From Candidatus Shapirobacteria bacterium (GTDB lineage Bacteria; Patescibacteriota; Microgenomatia; UBA12405): 64,000 nt of DNA. A program made the translations under genes and the position numbers. Numbering within the stretch: the stretch's first letter is position 1; each line of letters opens with the position of its first letter. Where the stretch lies: contig JALHFY010000001.1 in the NCBI GenBank assembly GCA_022837635.1, positions 317,693-381,692 of the forward strand, written 5' to 3'. Under the pieces are notes generated by a model. The model had not been told where the DNA came from and ran no database searches. It saw nothing but the letters and a program-made list of their open reading frames with translations. This document shows positions 59,796 to 64,000 of this stretch, one piece after another.

Positions 59796-61133
59796 TTAAT
59801 CGGAGTAGAGTTTTGGAAATAGAATCGGTGATAGAAATAGGATACTACCTGCGGCTAAAAACAGCCAGGAGAAAGTGTTGAAATCCGGTGAACTGGGAGT
59901 AAAAACAGCTTGTCTGGCAATAGCCGACTGTGTACCTAAAACCGCAGGGGTTGAGATTGGACAAATTGGGGCTAGTTTAGTTTTGGTGCTGGTAGTTTTT
60001 TTACTTTTAACTTTTTTAATAAAAGGCAAAACCTCTAAAGTCCCCTGCTGATAATCGTAGATTTTACTGGAACCGGCTTTTTTAAGATGAAAAAGGAGGG
60101 GATATTTACCTTCGGGTAGTTTTTGGGAAGCTGATAAAGATAAATTAACAGTGGCAAAATCATTTTGATAATTATTAAAAGCAAAATAAGGGGAAGAAAA
60201 AGGGTGAACCAGACGAATAGAATAGAGATCGGCAGATCGGAGACTTAAAGTAATATTAAAATCATCCCCGGCTCTGATTCTATCGGGGATAAAAATAATA
60301 TCCACGGGAGGTAATTCTGGTGACTCGACAGACAAATCTTGACAATTAAAATTCCCGAAACTGGGACTGGGTGGGGCAAAACACCAACTACCATCACTTT
60401 GGAGTGAATAGGAGAGATTTTTGGACGCTTTGGAGTAACTGATAGTCTCTTGATTAAAATGAACAGAATCGCCAGAATTATTGAGAAAGGAACCTGAAAA
60501 GGTAAATTGATAATATTGATGCGGTGCCAAGTCGATGTCGACTGACAGGCATTTTTTGTGCTGAGATGAATCAAAAATACAAAGATTTTTTAAGGGAATA
60601 TTGTGCTCATGGGGATTATAAAATTCGACCCATTCCGAGCCATCTTCGGGATTGGGCATAATTTCGGTAATGCGAGGATATTTGGATTCAAAAAGAGTTG
60701 GGGTTGGAATTATGGAAATTTCAGGTGTAGGTGAGATACTGGGTAGAGCTAAAGAAATAATGTCTACCGGATCACTGTCAAAAGTTTGCTGGTGCTTAAA
60801 GTGGTTGGCGATACGAATTTTAATAGAATTTTGGGGTTGAACTTGATTGATTTTAAGATAAGCAGAAGCTGTAGCTAAAAAATTTTCACCGATAATTAAA
60901 TTGTGACAGCTATCATAGCGATGGGCACAAGCAGGAAAGATAGAAATGTCACTATCATTGGAAACGGCCTTGTAGTGAAAGGTGGTACCAATGTCAGAGG
61001 CGGTAACATTGAAAGTAATTGGAAAAGTTTCGCCAACCAAAACCTCGGCAGGAAAATCCAAAATAGACACAGTAGTGGCCGCTAAAATTTTAGATGGAAA
61101 AAATAAACAAAGTATAAAAATAATTAGGCTCAC
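59796..61133 (-). CDS. secreted lamin-tail-domain protein with C-terminal TM
   Basis: ITEIMPNPEDGSEWVEFYNP, LNNSGD. Confidence 0.78.
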   Translation of the reverse strand: MSLIIFILCLFFPSKILAATTVSILDFPAEVLVGETFPITFNVTASDIGTTFHYKAVSNDSDISIFPACAHRYDSCHNLIIGENFLATASAYLKINQVQPQNSIKIRIANHFKHQQTFDSDPVDIISLALPSISPTPEISIIPTPTLFESKYPRITEIMPNPEDGSEWVEFYNPHEHNIPLKNLCIFDSSQHKKCLSVDIDLAPHQYYQFTFSGSFLNNSGDSVHFNQETISYSKASKNLSYSLQSDGSWCFAPPSPSFGNFNCQDLSVESPELPPVDIIFIPDRIRAGDDFNITLSLRSADLYSIRLVHPFSSPYFAFNNYQNDFATVNLSLSASQKLPEGKYPLLFHLKKAGSSKIYDYQQGTLEVLPFIKKVKSKKTTSTKTKLAPICPISTPAVLGTQSAIARQAVFTPSSPDFNTFSWLFLAAGSILFLSPILFPKLYSD

Positions 61134-61152
61134 TAAATTAAAGTAATAAAAA

Positions 61153-62577
61153 TTACTTTAATTTGTCAAGGGCGATGTCCAGTTTATGGAGGGTTTTGTC
61201 GAGGCCAAGGGCGGGAAGAATTTCAACAATAGGCGGGGTAAAAACAGAACCACAAATAGCCACTCGGAGAACCATAAAATATTCACCGACATTCCAATTG
61301 TTTTCCTGAATTAAATTCATTAATCTAGCCTGTAAATCGGAGAAATTATCAATAAATAATATTTTAGTTTTCTCAAGCATATCAACAGCCACCTCGGGTT
61401 TAGTCCCCTTTTTGAGAAGTAGTTCCGAATCATAATCTATATCGGTAAATAAAAAATTGAGAGTTTGGGGTAAATCACTAAATTTAACTAAACGTTCTTT
61501 TAATACTGGGATTAAAATTTTAATTTGCTCATCATTGGCAGCAGGTAAAAATTTTTTGAAGTAAGGAAAAAGTGCCTGCTCACTTTTTTGACGGATATAA
61601 AGACCATTAAAATAATCTAATTTTTTACGATCAAAGACCGGTGATTTTTTATGAAGACGGTCAAGGGAAAATTCTTTAATAAACTCTTCCAAGGTAAATA
61701 ATTCTTGGTCAGTACCAGGATTCCATCCCAAAAGCATCAAAAAATTTAGTATAGCTTCCGGTAAATACCCTTCATCTAAAAAGGCTTGGGCAGCGACGGA
61801 ACCACTCCGTTTACTCATTTTGCCACCACGTGGGTCCAAGATAACGGTCAGGTGGACAAATTGTGGCAAAGGAGCATCTAAATATTTGTATAGAAGAATC
61901 TGTTTAGGAGTTGAGGAAATCCATTCTTCACCACGAAGAACGTGAGTAATTTTCATCAAGATATCATCAACCACTGCAGCGAAATGATAGGTGGGGATAC
62001 CATTGGATTTAATTAAAACTTGGTCATCCAAATCTCGGGTGTTAAAAGAAATTTGACCACGAATGGAATCAGTAAAACGAATAGTCTCATTGTCGGGCAT
62101 TTTCATCCGAATGACATAGGGTTGACCACTGTCAATTTTTTGTTTGATTTCTTGAGAAGTCAGTTTTAAGCAATGACGGTCGTATTTAGGAATTTGTTTT
62201 AATTTTTTCTGTTGATCACGGATATGATCAAGACGTTCTTGACTGCAAAAACAATAATAAGCCAGACCTTGATCAAGAAGTTTTTTAATATATTTTTGAT
62301 AGATATCGAGCCGTTGAGTTTGAACGTAGGGAGCATAGGGACCACCAATATCTGGGCCTTCATCCCAAGACAAACCATAATCCTTGATAACTTGCAAGAT
62401 TCGGTCTTGAGCCCCAACAACTAAACGTTTTTGATCGGTATCTTCGATACGAATAATAAATTGACCACCACTTTGACGGGCTAGAGCATAATTATACAAA
62501 CAGGTACGCATGTGACCAATATGGTATTCACCGGTGGGTGAAGGTGCAATCCGAGTACGTGCAGGCAAAGATGACAT
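61153..62577 (-). CDS. gltX: glutamate--tRNA ligase
   Basis: RIAPSPTG.YHIGH, RIEDTD, RGEEW, KMSKR. Confidence 0.96.
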   Translation of the reverse strand: MSSLPARTRIAPSPTGEYHIGHMRTCLYNYALARQSGGQFIIRIEDTDQKRLVVGAQDRILQVIKDYGLSWDEGPDIGGPYAPYVQTQRLDIYQKYIKKLLDQGLAYYCFCSQERLDHIRDQQKKLKQIPKYDRHCLKLTSQEIKQKIDSGQPYVIRMKMPDNETIRFTDSIRGQISFNTRDLDDQVLIKSNGIPTYHFAAVVDDILMKITHVLRGEEWISSTPKQILLYKYLDAPLPQFVHLTVILDPRGGKMSKRSGSVAAQAFLDEGYLPEAILNFLMLLGWNPGTDQELFTLEEFIKEFSLDRLHKKSPVFDRKKLDYFNGLYIRQKSEQALFPYFKKFLPAANDEQIKILIPVLKERLVKFSDLPQTLNFLFTDIDYDSELLLKKGTKPEVAVDMLEKTKILFIDNFSDLQARLMNLIQENNWNVGEYFMVLRVAICGSVFTPPIVEILPALGLDKTLHKLDIALDKLK

Positions 62578-62615
62578 GGCATTATTTTAACATCTAAAAT
62601 AAGGTAGAATATTTT

Positions 62616-63668
62616 ATGTCGTCTTTGACTGAAGTGGCACATGCCAGTAGAAAAATAATTAAGTTTGGAAGTTTAGGTATGGGAGTATTTTTACTCTTAT
62701 GGATAGGAATCGGCGCGGCGATTAAGGCCTACCAAAAAGCCCATCCTCCTTATGTGGCTCCAACAGTTCGTTTTGGAGTATTGGATAAAATTGTCTTTCC
62801 TGAAAAAGAATTTCAGAAAAAAAATTTTATAGCTGAATTGCCTAACGATGAATTTCCTAAGTTTAAGGATCAGGCTAATGTTTATGTAATTTATAGACCT
62901 AAGAGTCCAGTTATGGCCTTGGAATTCGGTAAAAGAACGGCAGCTTTAATGGATTTTACTGGTGAAGCACAGCAAGTTTCGACTGGTGTGTATAGATTTA
63001 GTGACCATAAGCAAAATCGGAGTTTGGAAATGAATGTTTTGGAAAGTAGTTTTAAGATGAGCTACCCTTACTTAACCGACCAGCTTTTACAAAATCCGGA
63101 AAAAATGCCTAGTCGTGAAGAAGCAATAAGTCAAGCTAGAGCTTTTTTACAAAGGGCGGAAAAATTAAGTTCTGATTTAGAAAATGGAACTCAGGAAGTT
63201 AGTTTTTGGAAAATTAGTTATAACGGCTTACAGAGAGTGGAAGGTTTGTCGGAAGCCAATATTGTTAGAGTAGATTTTTTCAGAGAAAAACTAGCCGATG
63301 GGATTACTATTGTCAGTACTAACCCTCAGGAGTCACCGGTATCAGTTCTAGTGTCTGGATCAACTGTAAATAATAAGAAAATCGTAGAAGTTAATTATAA
63401 ACATGTAGAAGTAGATACAGCTGAAAATTCGGCTTCAACTTATCCTATAAAAACTGTCCAAGAAGCTTTTGAAGAATTAAAAGCCGGTAATTATTGGCCA
63501 GCCAGTGACGGTAATGGTCAAGATATAGTTATCAGAAAAGTTTACTTGGCTTATTTTGAACCGGTAACGTTAACGCAATTTTTGCAGCCAGTGTATGTTT
63601 TTGAAGGAGACAATAAAAACAATTTTGTCGGCTATGTCCCAGCGGTCAGCGATAGTTACGCCAAGTAA
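62616..63668 (+). CDS. membrane-anchored hypothetical protein
   Basis: N-terminal TM; long ORF; C-terminal LAYF..FLQPVYVF. Confidence 0.7.
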   Translation: MSSLTEVAHASRKIIKFGSLGMGVFLLLWIGIGAAIKAYQKAHPPYVAPTVRFGVLDKIVFPEKEFQKKNFIAELPNDEFPKFKDQANVYVIYRPKSPVMALEFGKRTAALMDFTGEAQQVSTGVYRFSDHKQNRSLEMNVLESSFKMSYPYLTDQLLQNPEKMPSREEAISQARAFLQRAEKLSSDLENGTQEVSFWKISYNGLQRVEGLSEANIVRVDFFREKLADGITIVSTNPQESPVSVLVSGSTVNNKKIVEVNYKHVEVDTAENSASTYPIKTVQEAFEELKAGNYWPASDGNGQDIVIRKVYLAYFEPVTLTQFLQPVYVFEGDNKNNFVGYVPAVSDSYAK

Positions 63669-64000
63669 GATTGTTTTTGGCCCAATCCAAGAGTAGTCGA
63701 GTATCAGCAAATCTGTCCTGACTTTGAGCGATAACTGAAATCAGATAGTGGCCGTCAAGATTCAAAAGACCAATAAAACTGGAACCACCCTCAGGAGTCC
63801 AACCAGTCTTAAAACCTTCAACTTCGGGAATAACTCCTAATAATTCATTGGTAGTGGTGATTGGATAATTAACACTACGGGTAGTGTCGGTAAGGGTGAT
63901 TTGAGTGGTTTTGACAATTTGCCTAATAGTATCATTTTGGGCCGCTAGACGACCTAGTTGAGCTAAATCGTAAACTGTAGAATAATGAGAGGGATCATGA
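63646..64000 (-). CDS. D-alanyl-D-alanine carboxypeptidase (peptidase S11), C-terminal part; runs off the window end
   Basis: Manual translation HYSTVYDLAQLG...TTNELL...GFKTGWTPEGG...DRFADTRLLLDW with KTG motif. Confidence 0.8.
   Translation of the reverse strand, partial: HDPSHYSTVYDLAQLGRLAAQNDTIRQIVKTTQITLTDTTRSVNYPITTTNELLGVIPEVEGFKTGWTPEGGSSFIGLLNLDGHYLISVIAQSQDRFADTRLLLDWAKNNLTWRNYR

Overview
AT-rich, gene-dense bacterial chromosome segment using genetic code 11. The gene repertoire and style suggest Patescibacteria/CPR, probably Microgenomates (inference, not tested). Most of the window is housekeeping: prfB, typA, secA, serS, lysS, argS, gltX, greA, a rel-like gene, uvrABC, comM-yraN-dprA, ssb, lon, era, obg, trxA, dus, pyk, rmlA, trmD, ftsEX, tRNA-Glu(CTC) and tRNA-Gln(CTG). 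It also has a large monoderm-type surface toolkit: GT2/GT-C glycosyltransferases, two LCP ligases, a sortase with a candidate TPKTG substrate, and a TasA/SipW-signal-like cluster. The top candidate for a new system is a two-gene cassette beside tRNA-Gln (49601-50705). It pairs a 79-aa peptide, made of an acidic leader and tandem His-x-Cys/Gly/Ser core repeats (exact 42-bp duplication), with a compact radical SAM enzyme, i.e. a putative RiPP system. Other notable signals: pyruvate kinase lacking its B domain, UvrA lacking most of its insertion domain, an RSH with a degenerate HD motif, a TTCGG-N6-TTCGG box before uvrA and uvrB, a CIRCE-like element at lon, pervasive leaderless promoters, and heptamer and REP-like repeats inside coding sequences. 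All calls come from reading motifs by eye; no database searches were run.
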